This document shows positions 37,787 to 48,000 of a stretch of DNA of 64,000 bases, in pieces. Position 1 is the first letter of the stretch. Each line of letters starts with the position of its first letter. The notes under the pieces are model-generated. The model did no database searches. It saw only the letters and a program-made list of their open reading frames with translations, and was not told where the DNA came from. The position numbers were made by a program, and so were the translations under genes. Origin of the DNA: a virus; IMG/VR virus record IMGVR_UViG_3300030107_004423, positions 18,924-82,923 of that record; one strand, written 5' to 3'.

Positions 37787-38149
37787 ATGGAAATAATAGG
37801 AGATGTTATAAAAAAACGTCAAAATCTAAGTGTAGAAGATGAATATCCCAGAATGTGTGATTCATTTGAACATATTACTGATGAAATGTTTGAATTGTTT
37901 AAAAAGAAACAGTCAGACTACGGTCCTACAAATATAGGTATGGGTAATCGTACTATAGAAACAGATGAAGATGTTCAAAGATCAATGATAGGATTGGTTG
38001 TTAGAATGAATGATAAAGTTCAAAGACTAATGAATCTTGTTCTTGACCGTAAAGATCCACAAAATGAATCTGTAGAAGATACATTGATAGATATAGCTAA
38101 TTATGCAGTAATGGCTAAATTAGTTATGGATAAAGAGTGGGGAAAATGA
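37787..38149 (+). CDS. nucleotide modification associated domain 1 (Nmad1/DUF1599) protein
   Basis: KKQSDYG..GLVVRMNDK..RL..ESVEDTLIDIANYA motif. Confidence 0.8.
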   Translation: MEIIGDVIKKRQNLSVEDEYPRMCDSFEHITDEMFELFKKKQSDYGPTNIGMGNRTIETDEDVQRSMIGLVVRMNDKVQRLMNLVLDRKDPQNESVEDTLIDIANYAVMAKLVMDKEWGK

Positions 38150-38370
38150 AGATAGTTGCTAAGCTATCTAAAGAGCATTATAATTGTTATATGTGTTCTT
38201 TTTCAGGATATGCAGAAAGATATATTGTAGTTCCACATATAGTAGATACAGATAAAGAATATACAATATGTAGTGCATGTGCTAAAAGAGAACATGGTAG
38301 TAAAAATAAAGTTAAATTATTAGATGTCATAGAAGAAAGGACAAAAACATGGCTACAAAAAAAGCAATAA
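38137..38370 (+). CDS. small zinc-binding protein
   Basis: CYMC..CSAC. Confidence 0.6.
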   Translation: MGKMKIVAKLSKEHYNCYMCSFSGYAERYIVVPHIVDTDKEYTICSACAKREHGSKNKVKLLDVIEERTKTWLQKKQ

Positions 38371-38570
38371 AAGAAGTTCAAGAAAAAGCTGAAAAACACC
38401 ATAAAAATAGAGTTGATCAACTTTTCACTATGTTTGAATCTCATGGTGAGATGCTTGCAGATCATATAGGCTATATAAATGATATAAATAAAAGAATTGA
38501 TGAATTAGAGTCTGAATTAAATCAGAGTAAGGCATTAATTACCACTATGAGAGGAAGAATGGGAGTATGA
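38349..38570 (+). CDS. coiled-coil hypothetical protein
   Basis: 73 aa in operon. Confidence 0.6.
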   Translation: MATKKAIKEVQEKAEKHHKNRVDQLFTMFESHGEMLADHIGYINDINKRIDELESELNQSKALITTMRGRMGV

Positions 38571-38785
38571 AGCAGAGAACAAAACCTACACGTAATGAGA
38601 TAAAAACTGTATTAAATAATATGTTAATAGAAATGTCTCAAATGTCTGAATTTCTTAAAGGATTAGACACTTCATTTGCAGCTTATTTAGAGATGAAAGG
38701 TGATGGAGATAAATTAAATAAATTCATTAAAGCTAAGATAAAGGAGGCTAAGGATGCCCAGCAAGAGCAAAGCAAAGGGGAATAG
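38567..38785 (+). CDS. hypothetical protein
   Basis: ATGA-coupled. Confidence 0.6.
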   Translation: MKQRTKPTRNEIKTVLNNMLIEMSQMSEFLKGLDTSFAAYLEMKGDGDKLNKFIKAKIKEAKDAQQEQSKGE

Positions 38786-39080
38786 GTTTGAAAGAGAAAT
38801 AGTTAAGATAGCTAAGGAGCATGGATTTGAATCTAGAAGAGCATGGGGATCAAATGGTCAAGCTTTAGGAATGCATGAAGAAGTAGATCTAACTCTAGGT
38901 AAAAATCCTGAACTTAAAATACAGGCTAAATGTAGAAAGAGTATAGCTTCTTATCTTATCCCTAGTGAGCATGTAGATGCAGTAGTTTGCAAGGAAGACA
39001 GAGGTGAACCCTTGATGATAATGAGATTAAATGATTGGCTCAATATGTTTTGGGTTAACTGTATGACGGAGGATAGATGA
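38754..39080 (+). CDS. Holliday junction resolvase (Hjc-like PD-(D/E)xK nuclease)
   Basis: SKAKGNRFERE..RAWGS..VD..IQAK. Confidence 0.8.
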   Translation: MPSKSKAKGNRFEREIVKIAKEHGFESRRAWGSNGQALGMHEEVDLTLGKNPELKIQAKCRKSIASYLIPSEHVDAVVCKEDRGEPLMIMRLNDWLNMFWVNCMTEDR

Positions 39081-39286
39081 AACAGCTGTTAAAATTAGGA
39101 GATCATACATTCTTTGGATTAAGTTTGTTAAAATTAGATTTAAGGCAAAATGTATATGTTCTTATGATAACATTGATATTTTTTACTTTTGATTTTTCAT
39201 TTAGAAAATGGGGAGTAAGAATAGGAATGTCAAGTGGCGACTCTGAAGTATTTTTTAAAATACACTTAGGAGCTCAATGGAGTTAA
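39077..39286 (+). CDS. hypothetical hydrophobic protein
   Basis: ATGA-coupled; last + strand gene. Confidence 0.55.
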   Translation: MKQLLKLGDHTFFGLSLLKLDLRQNVYVLMITLIFFTFDFSFRKWGVRIGMSSGDSEVFFKIHLGAQWS

Positions 39287-39296
39287 TTAATCAATT

Positions 39297-39324
39297 AAGT
39301 AGGGATAGTTATCTGTCCCTACTT
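39297..39324. terminator. bidirectional hairpin at convergence of the two transcription blocks
   Basis: AAGTAGGGATAG-TTAT-CTGTCCCTACTT. Confidence 0.7.
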
Positions 39325-42036
39325 TCCTCTTAATTCTTCAGATAAAGCTATTAACTTTAAACTACCACTTTGATTTTTCTTTTTATTAAGCTTAAAAGGT
39401 TTAAATCCTAAGTACTCTTTAGATGCTTTATTTATAGCCTTTCTATTATCTTTTATCCAAGAACGTGGATATAAGCCTAATTCATGCCTAACTATATCCA
39501 TACCTCTTCCATCACGTATAGCAGGCCCAGTTTTTGTCATCCACCTTGCAAACTCAGTATTTAATTTATTCCACATATTTCTTTTTTCTACAGTATCTAT
39601 TCTTTTCTTTGGGCCAACCCAATCAGGAACATCACCTTCTCCATAATAATCTATATAACCTGTAAGCATTCTTTGCCAATTTTCATCTGGCATTTTATAT
39701 AGTTGAAGTGCATTTAACCCATATAATATATCGCCTACTAAAGGCCCTGTATAATCATTTATTAACCCTCTTTTTCCTTCTAGTTCTTTAGGGGGTTTTT
39801 TAGATTTTAACGTCTTTCTACCTTGAACATTTGCTTTAAATTCTTCTACTGGAAGAGTTAGATAATCTTTCATATCTCTAATTCTTCTTACAGTATCATT
39901 CTCTAATAAATTATTAAAATCTAAGTTAAATCCTACAGATAAAGCTTGTACAGCTGTATATATTCCTGCAAATCTTAAAGCTTGTCTTAATTCAGGAGCA
40001 TCCCATTGAGCTGATAAGGCAGCATCTTTAGCTCCATGCAATATTTTAGATTGAAGATTTAAAAATGACATAGGATAATGTAAAAATTGGAACACCATCT
40101 CACCAGTAGCAGTAGCATAATCTCTACCTTTCATTTTAGGAAGTCCATCAGGACCAATTTCACCTGCAGGAGCAGTACCACCTATAGCTCTTGCTTTAGC
40201 ATGTGATGCATATTCAAAAGCAAAAGCATTAACAGATTTTAATGCAAATCTAGTGGCCATTTGCTGTATTTTACGGTTATTAGCTGAATCTAATTTTTCT
40301 ATAGCATTATAATCTGTAGGTTTTAATATATTATGATCTTTTAAAGATTCATAAGCTTGAACCCATGCAATTCTAAACATCCATTTACGAGTAGCATTCT
40401 CAGTAAACCTATGGAATACCAAAGATTTACCTACTACATTATCTATCATAGGATCTAAAGTTTTTAAAACTCCTCTATCTCTATATGTAACCTTATTTTT
40501 TACTGGATCAAATATAATATCACTTTGATTAACAGAAGAAGGTATTAATCCTTCAGCTACTAATTCTCTACCACCTTCTGCGAATTTAAATCCCTGCTCC
40601 GTTTCTATTTTAGTAAGCATAGATTCATAATGAGAATTATATTTTCCTATAGCAGCTGTAGCACTAGATATACCATTTTCTGCAAAGAAGTAGGCAGCAC
40701 TAGCACCATTTCTTATAGCTCCTGTAACAGACAATCCCATAGATTTTAAAGTTTCAGCTGCCATTAAACCTCTAACCATAGCATTTACATAATTAGGTCT
40801 TTCTAAGTTTCCTTTAGTAGCTACTTGAAAAGTATCCTCAAGATATCCTCTCATACTTCTTATAAATTCAGGATTAGTATCATCTTTTTGAAATTTTCTT
40901 ATAGCTGGTAAATATTGTTCTTGTATAAAATTGATTTTATTAAAAGCTATTACATCTTTAGAGTAGTTAGTCAGTATAAAGAATGGATTCTTACTCCATG
41001 AATTATTTAAAAGCTCGTTACGAGATTTAGCAGCATCTGGTATCATAGTTTCTATTTTATCAACCACAACTCCTAAAGCAGTGTCAGCCTCATTTCCTTT
41101 TTTTGCTTCTAATGCTTGCCTCATTTTATAATTAACCTCAACTATATTATCCATTATATAGTGAGGAAGATAACCACCTTCTTTAATTCCCTTGCCTATC
41201 TTTTCTTTGGCTTGTCTGATTCTTTCTACATATTTTTGGCCTGTCTTAGGAAGTAACGGACTATCATAAACCATTTTAACTACATTTTCCATTCTATCTA
41301 ATCCATTTATTAATACTTTTCCCATATTATCCAATAAAGATCTAGATTCTTTTACAGCTAAAATAACATTCCTATCATATTTAGTGCCTCTTTGAGTATT
41401 TTTTAAGAAATTAGTATTATCCATCTCCATTAAAGATATATAATCATTAATTACTTCATCTCCATATTTAGTAAATAAATCGTTATATTCTTTTGTATAT
41501 TCAGTGTTAACACCTTCATCACCTTCAACCATTATAAGTCTTTCCAGGTCAGCTAATCTTTTTTGGTATTTTTTTACTTCTTTTTTAGATTTGCCTGTTT
41601 TTAATATTAAAGCATTTCTTATATGACTAGCTATAGATTTAGATGTTGTTAAATATTGATCTAAATTATTACGTTCATAGTTAATAGCTTCATTTACTTT
41701 TTCATAAAATACTCTTGTTACTGGAGAATAGTTAGCTATAGCATCAGATACATAAAAATATCTTTTAAAAGTACCTATTTTTCTATACTTGTAATTATAT
41801 TCTATGTTATCTATTTCTTTTTTCATTCTATTTATCATACCTTCTGAGAAATTAAAATCACTGCTAAAAGGAATTTTAAATAAATGTTCAGATACATCAT
41901 TTATATATAACTCAGCATTTCTATCATTAGGACTAGACCCACCTATTTTCCCAATACTTTTAGATAGCTTTTTGTTCCAATGACTAACGACATCTTCAAA
42001 TCTTTTATTTGGTACACCGTAAAAACAATCTATCAT
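39319..42036 (-). CDS. large internal virion / ejection protein (putative)
   Basis: 905 aa helical protein, TAATG-coupled to the 2830 aa gene. Confidence 0.6.
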   Translation of the reverse strand: MIDCFYGVPNKRFEDVVSHWNKKLSKSIGKIGGSSPNDRNAELYINDVSEHLFKIPFSSDFNFSEGMINRMKKEIDNIEYNYKYRKIGTFKRYFYVSDAIANYSPVTRVFYEKVNEAINYERNNLDQYLTTSKSIASHIRNALILKTGKSKKEVKKYQKRLADLERLIMVEGDEGVNTEYTKEYNDLFTKYGDEVINDYISLMEMDNTNFLKNTQRGTKYDRNVILAVKESRSLLDNMGKVLINGLDRMENVVKMVYDSPLLPKTGQKYVERIRQAKEKIGKGIKEGGYLPHYIMDNIVEVNYKMRQALEAKKGNEADTALGVVVDKIETMIPDAAKSRNELLNNSWSKNPFFILTNYSKDVIAFNKINFIQEQYLPAIRKFQKDDTNPEFIRSMRGYLEDTFQVATKGNLERPNYVNAMVRGLMAAETLKSMGLSVTGAIRNGASAAYFFAENGISSATAAIGKYNSHYESMLTKIETEQGFKFAEGGRELVAEGLIPSSVNQSDIIFDPVKNKVTYRDRGVLKTLDPMIDNVVGKSLVFHRFTENATRKWMFRIAWVQAYESLKDHNILKPTDYNAIEKLDSANNRKIQQMATRFALKSVNAFAFEYASHAKARAIGGTAPAGEIGPDGLPKMKGRDYATATGEMVFQFLHYPMSFLNLQSKILHGAKDAALSAQWDAPELRQALRFAGIYTAVQALSVGFNLDFNNLLENDTVRRIRDMKDYLTLPVEEFKANVQGRKTLKSKKPPKELEGKRGLINDYTGPLVGDILYGLNALQLYKMPDENWQRMLTGYIDYYGEGDVPDWVGPKKRIDTVEKRNMWNKLNTEFARWMTKTGPAIRDGRGMDIVRHELGLYPRSWIKDNRKAINKASKEYLGFKPFKLNKKKNQSGSLKLIALSEELRGK

Positions 42037-45000
42037 TATCTACATGATCTCCTTCTATCTATTTGGTTTTCTTTCCAATTTCTAAACATATTTCTTACTC
42101 TTTTTTGATCTACTTGACCCTCAGGAACAACTGTAGTTCTAACTGTTTGCCCTACACCAGCTTTTATAAGAGAAGCTTCCATGTCAGGAGTGATTATACC
42201 TGATAATATGTCAACTAGTGGTTGATTAGCTCCTTCTGGTAAAGCATAGTCTTTTAAAAATAAGGAACTTTTATTTAATTTCCTAGTAGTTTCATTGCTT
42301 CTTCCAGATATAAAATCTTTATGTTCATTATACTCAGATACTATCATAGTAGCTTCATCATGATGTCCATTTTTATGCAAGTAATTAAACACTTCTGTAA
42401 ATATCTTTTTATTCATTCTTAATATAGGCATAGGAGTATCGCCTTCTGCATACTCTCTAGCTATAATATCAGGTCTTAAAAGCATTTTAGCTTTATAATA
42501 TATTAAAGAACCACTTTCGCCTAATTCTTTTATTATATATTGAGGTCCTAATACTTGTCCATTTAAGTCTGTAATATTATTCTTAAAAAACTTAGATAGC
42601 TCTAATTCTTTTCTCATATGATAATTATTAAATATATCTTCAGCTAAAGCTCCTGTTTGTCTATATTCTCTTAAAGCATTTTTCCAACCATCCATAATAG
42701 TTTTTCTAGTTTGAGCTGCCACAGATTCATATTTTCCATAAGTAGCTCTATCTACAAAATTCATAGGTAGAGAATTATATGTAAAGTTCCAAGCATAACC
42801 ATCTAAAGCTGAATCTCTAGTAATTCTTGTTCCTACTATTGGTTGTTGTAATATTAAATGCTTTCCTCTTAAATTTTTAGATCTTTGACCAGGAGAAACT
42901 GTTTGTACAAATTGCAATGCATCAAAATTTGGAACTCCATCAGTATATAATTTCCCTACTACTTTATATATAACATGATCTTTATTATAATCTTGGTTAT
43001 AATATTTAGGAGTTCTTCCATCTTTATTAGGTTTGAAGTCTTTTATGTATTTTTTCTGATTATCTTTGATATTCTTTAATACTTCATTTCCTCTTAAAGT
43101 CTCTATAATAGTCTTTGCACTTGATATATTATTTAATAAATCTGTAGTATGTTCTATTATAGCTCTATTACCTGACTTCATTCCCATGTGATAATTTAAC
43201 TTGTTATGTAGGAAATTTTCTTCACTTATTAATAGATCATGCACTAATGAAGCTTTTTCAGCATTTCTAGGTAAGTATCCTATTTCATCCAATTTTAACA
43301 ATGTTTCTCCATTTGCTATCATTTCTGAATCTGTAATGCCTAGTACTCTCATCATAGCTATGTCATTTAAAAGCTTGTCTGTACCTATTTTATAATTACT
43401 GATATTAGGATTATCCCAAGCATTGTCAATTTCAGTAGATTTAAACATTTGTTTTTTTACTATCTCATCCATAACAACGCCTATGTTGTTTTTTCTTATA
43501 GCTTCTGTAATACTTTTAGCGCCAAATTTTATAACATTATTTCTTGGTCTTATTTTCCCTTGTAATGCTAATATCTTTAACTCATCTATATCTCTAGCTG
43601 TTACATCTGATTTTTTTCCAGTTTTAGGATCTGCCTCAACTGAAAAGAAAAGAGGTACTAATTCATTAAGTTTATTGTTAATGTCTACATCAGCTCTTTT
43701 ATACTTTCTTACCAAATTAGTAAAAACAACTTGATTAGGATTGCTAAAGAATCTTCTCATATCAGAATATCTTTGTTGTATATCCCAAGAAGTAGCTTTC
43801 TTAGGTCCCATATCTCCATATATTTGATTAAATATGGCTGCAGGTTGCTTTAATATATTTATAACTTCATATACTATATCTCTATGAACGCTATTTTCTG
43901 GATGATTAAACATCTTTCCTGTTAGATCAGTTTCACCATCACCATATATCATATAGTCTAACCCTTTATCACCAGCTATTTTGTCGCTTAGATTTGCTAT
44001 AAAGTCAACTACACTCTGATTACCTTTTTCTAATCTGTTAAACATACCTTTGTTATTGACTAGAGTATTTACATCATAATCAAAATTATCTTTCATTCTT
44101 TTTCCATCTATGGAGAAATCATTTAGATACATCCATTCTATAGCACTTTGCATTCCAATTACTTTTCCAACTTGCATAGAATCAAAATGTATTTTTTGTT
44201 TTAATTCTGATATATCATTAGAGCTAACAGTTCCTGCAGGTAATAATCTACCATCATTATCTTTTCCTATTCCATATATATTTGCTTTTCTAGGTGTAGA
44301 TTCTAATACAGGATATTCCTCTTGAAAACTTGCCATCTTAAAAGAATGCTTTAAAAATTCTTTAGTTTCTTTAGTAGAATAATCATGAGTATGTCTTACA
44401 TGATCCCCATCCCAATCACCTTGAGCATTAGCTCTAGAGTCATATGAATTTAATTTAAATGCTGTACCTATTCCTGAGTCTTGCTTTCTAACTCTTACAG
44501 GCATAAAATCAGAAGGACCTTTTCTAGGACCTCTTTCAACATTTATAACCAATCCAAAGTTGTTATTTTTCAATCCTTTCCATCCTTGTGTATTCATGGA
44601 TTTTTGTATAAATTTTTGAACTCCTGCAATAGAAGGAGCTCCTCCTTCTCCACCCATAACAGCATGTATTTTTTGACGAGATTTATTTTTAAATATAGCA
44701 TCTAAATACTCTACAAATTCAGCTACTTTTTTAGGTACCTTAATATTTTTATCAGCATCTATAGATACTCTATTTCCATCTTTGTCTAATACATTAGTTC
44801 TATAGCCCGCATCTTGATATTCCATTAAAGGATTATATATATTTGTAAATTTGCCATTCTCGTAATTAAATGTATAATCTATATCGTTATCTCTAAATAC
44901 AAAAGAAAGCTCTTTCATGCTATGCACAGGCATAAAATCAGCGTCTGCACCCATAACAGCTTCACCTAACTGTATTCTAGCAGTACTTTTCACATCTCCC

Positions 45001-48000
45001 GCTTGATCATATATATCTAATCCTATAGGATTTTTAGAATTTAAATCAGGTATTATAAATGGATATGCAAATTTAGGATTTCTTGGCTGTACAATTATAG
45101 GCAAAGCATTTTCTTCCCAAGTCTTGACTATAGCTTCCCTTACGACAGCATTTCTACTTGTAAATCCAAAATTAAGCATAGCCTCTGCAAAAGATTCTAT
45201 TTTCATTTGGTGAGCACCAGCAGTTTTAGCTTTATGCATTATCATATACGAAGCCAATTCATTATTTGCAGACTTTCTCAAAGCATTACTAAAATTACCT
45301 ACTTCATTTATTTTATCTGTAAGTTTTTGCCAACCATCTCTTACTCCAATAACAAGATCTTCAGGCATATAATGACTCCAAGGATGAGGAACAGGAGAAT
45401 TATTACTCTTATGACCACCATATCTAAGATTTACTCCATCTAAATTATGCATCATTATATTGTCATTAGTTAGATTTCCTATGTCTGATATCAGATCTAA
45501 ATTATTTGCCGTTCTAGGTACCAATTTCTTCCCAGAAACAGCATTTCCTGCATAGCCTTTAGCTGCAGAAGCTCCTTTTAAAAATGACAATCCTTTCTCA
45601 TTCATAGCAGTAGCTATATTAGGATCAAATATAAACAAACCCTTATCATACATAATATAATCTACATTCTCTGCACCACCCCTAGCTATAGAGCCTTTAA
45701 AGCCATTTACAATCCCTGATTCTCCTAAATTAGCGTGCATTAAATTTTTAATATCCTCACTAATATATATAGCTCCATCTATTATTGATTGATCTAGTGT
45801 ATTTTTAAACCTTTCTGGGTTAGAATATCTTTCATTCAAATGCGATTTAAGAGTGCTATTTTGTATATCATTGTCAATTTGATTTATTATTCTACCTCTT
45901 ACAAGTAAGGGATTTCCATCTACTTCATCATCATAATACCCAGTTCTTAATTGCTTATTAGGATTGTCTAGATCATCAGCTATTCTTAATATAGATGCTC
46001 TTTTATCTGGTGATAATTCTGTCAATCCACTAGCTAAAGCTCTTAAAGAATTAGAATCTCCTAGATTTTTTAAAGAACCACCTTCTGCTAATTTCTGATA
46101 TTTAAGATTTTTACCATTCATAGCAAAATGACCTGCTTCTAAATCATTTATAGCATCTGGAGTCCATAACTTATCAAATCCTGCTGTATTTAATTTTGCA
46201 TTATACATAGCTCTAAGCCTATGCTCTGAACTATTAACTTTCTCAGGATCCCAAGCTCTTTTAAAATTATCTATAGTTTGCTTGTTCACATCAGGATCTG
46301 ACTCATATCTAGATACTGTTTCATCGTACCAATTATTATACATTTTATCTAATTGTTTTAATGTTTTTGTAGACTCTATAAATGCTAATGGCCTTCCATA
46401 TGAAACTTCTACGTATCTAATCTTATCTCCAGGCTGCATTTTTATTCTAAGAAAACTTAAAGCTAAATCATCATAGTTTAATTGCTCTCCATCTAGAACC
46501 TCAGTTACATATTTTTGCTCAGGTCTATTTTGAGCTATATCAGATTCAAATCTTAATTTAGATGTTTCTCCATTTCTGCCTTTATATGCGCTTATGTCTG
46601 AATAAAACCTTCCATCTATTATACCTGATTTAGCTATAGGTATTACCATTGTTAAATCTTGGTTGAACATATCTATTAGCATATTTGCAGGAGTATTAAA
46701 TTCAGTATTATCAGGTCCTGATACCCATTCTCTTACAATACTTATAGTTCCATCAGGATTTTTAATTTCTTTTAATCTTATTATGGGTTGCTCTCTAGTA
46801 TTTCTTACTATTTCAGATAGAAAGAATAAATCATCATCTAACTTTTTAGTTTTAAGCTCAGGATTTATAATTCCTTTTAGACTATCAAAATCACGATTCT
46901 TTAACATTTTCATATACTTTGCATCTATTTGATTATCTTTATCTAAAAGTCCATATTGACCAGCTATAGTAATTTTAGTTTTAGTATTAGGGCTTTTATA
47001 GTTTTGCATCATTCTCTCATATTCATTTAACATGTGAGAGTTGTCTAAGTCATTAGGAGTTTTTCTTCCTGCAAGTTCTTGATTTAATCCTGTTATTAAG
47101 TCTTCTAATGATTTAAAGCTATTATTTTGCAAATATGCTTCAAAAAGCTGATCTAAAGTAGCTTTTTCAGATCGCTTTCCTATTTTTGAGGATAACTCAT
47201 CTATTAATCTATTATGCTCCCATATAGCCCCTTCTCTAAAGCCCTGACCTTTATATATCAATTCAACTAATAATGATTGTATATTAGAGCTAGAAAGGCT
47301 GTTTTCAGTTATCATATTCATCAAAGCATCATACGTACTGCCTGTTCCATCTGCTAATTCTTTTATTCTCAAATCTAAAGGTAATTGATTTCTATCAGCA
47401 TCTATTAACATATTTTTAATAGATTCATAATCTATAGCATTAGGTATTAATTTCTCTATATTTTCTAAATTTAATAATGCTTTTTTCATATCGCCTTTGA
47501 TAATATTATCTTCCATAAGATTCAATTCAGCAACAGCAGAATCCTCATCTATTTGAGGCACAAGCCTTATAGCTTCTTTTGTAGATTTGATTATTTCTTT
47601 ACTATAAATTTCAGGCATCAATTTATGAATAGTTCTTAAAGCTGCTATATTAGTTTCTTTTCCTGCTTCTAAAGGAAATTCTATTATATCTCCAGTAGCG
47701 GGAGGTTGTATAACATTACTAGGTAAGCTCTCTTTTATTTCATTATAGAATCTTATATATTCTTCAGGATCCAATCCGTTTCTTTCTGCAAGATATCTTA
47801 TTCCTTGATCTGTCATCATTGTAATTTTGCCAGATTCTCTGTCTATATCTATTAAAGCATTCTCATTTAGACTATCTATGACTCTAATGTTTTGAGGTTT
47901 AACTCCTATAGTTTCATATAGCCTACTTTTTATATAATCTATATTATCGTTTAATAATAAACTCTCAGGAGTAATTGAATATCCTAACCCTTTGTAAGCT

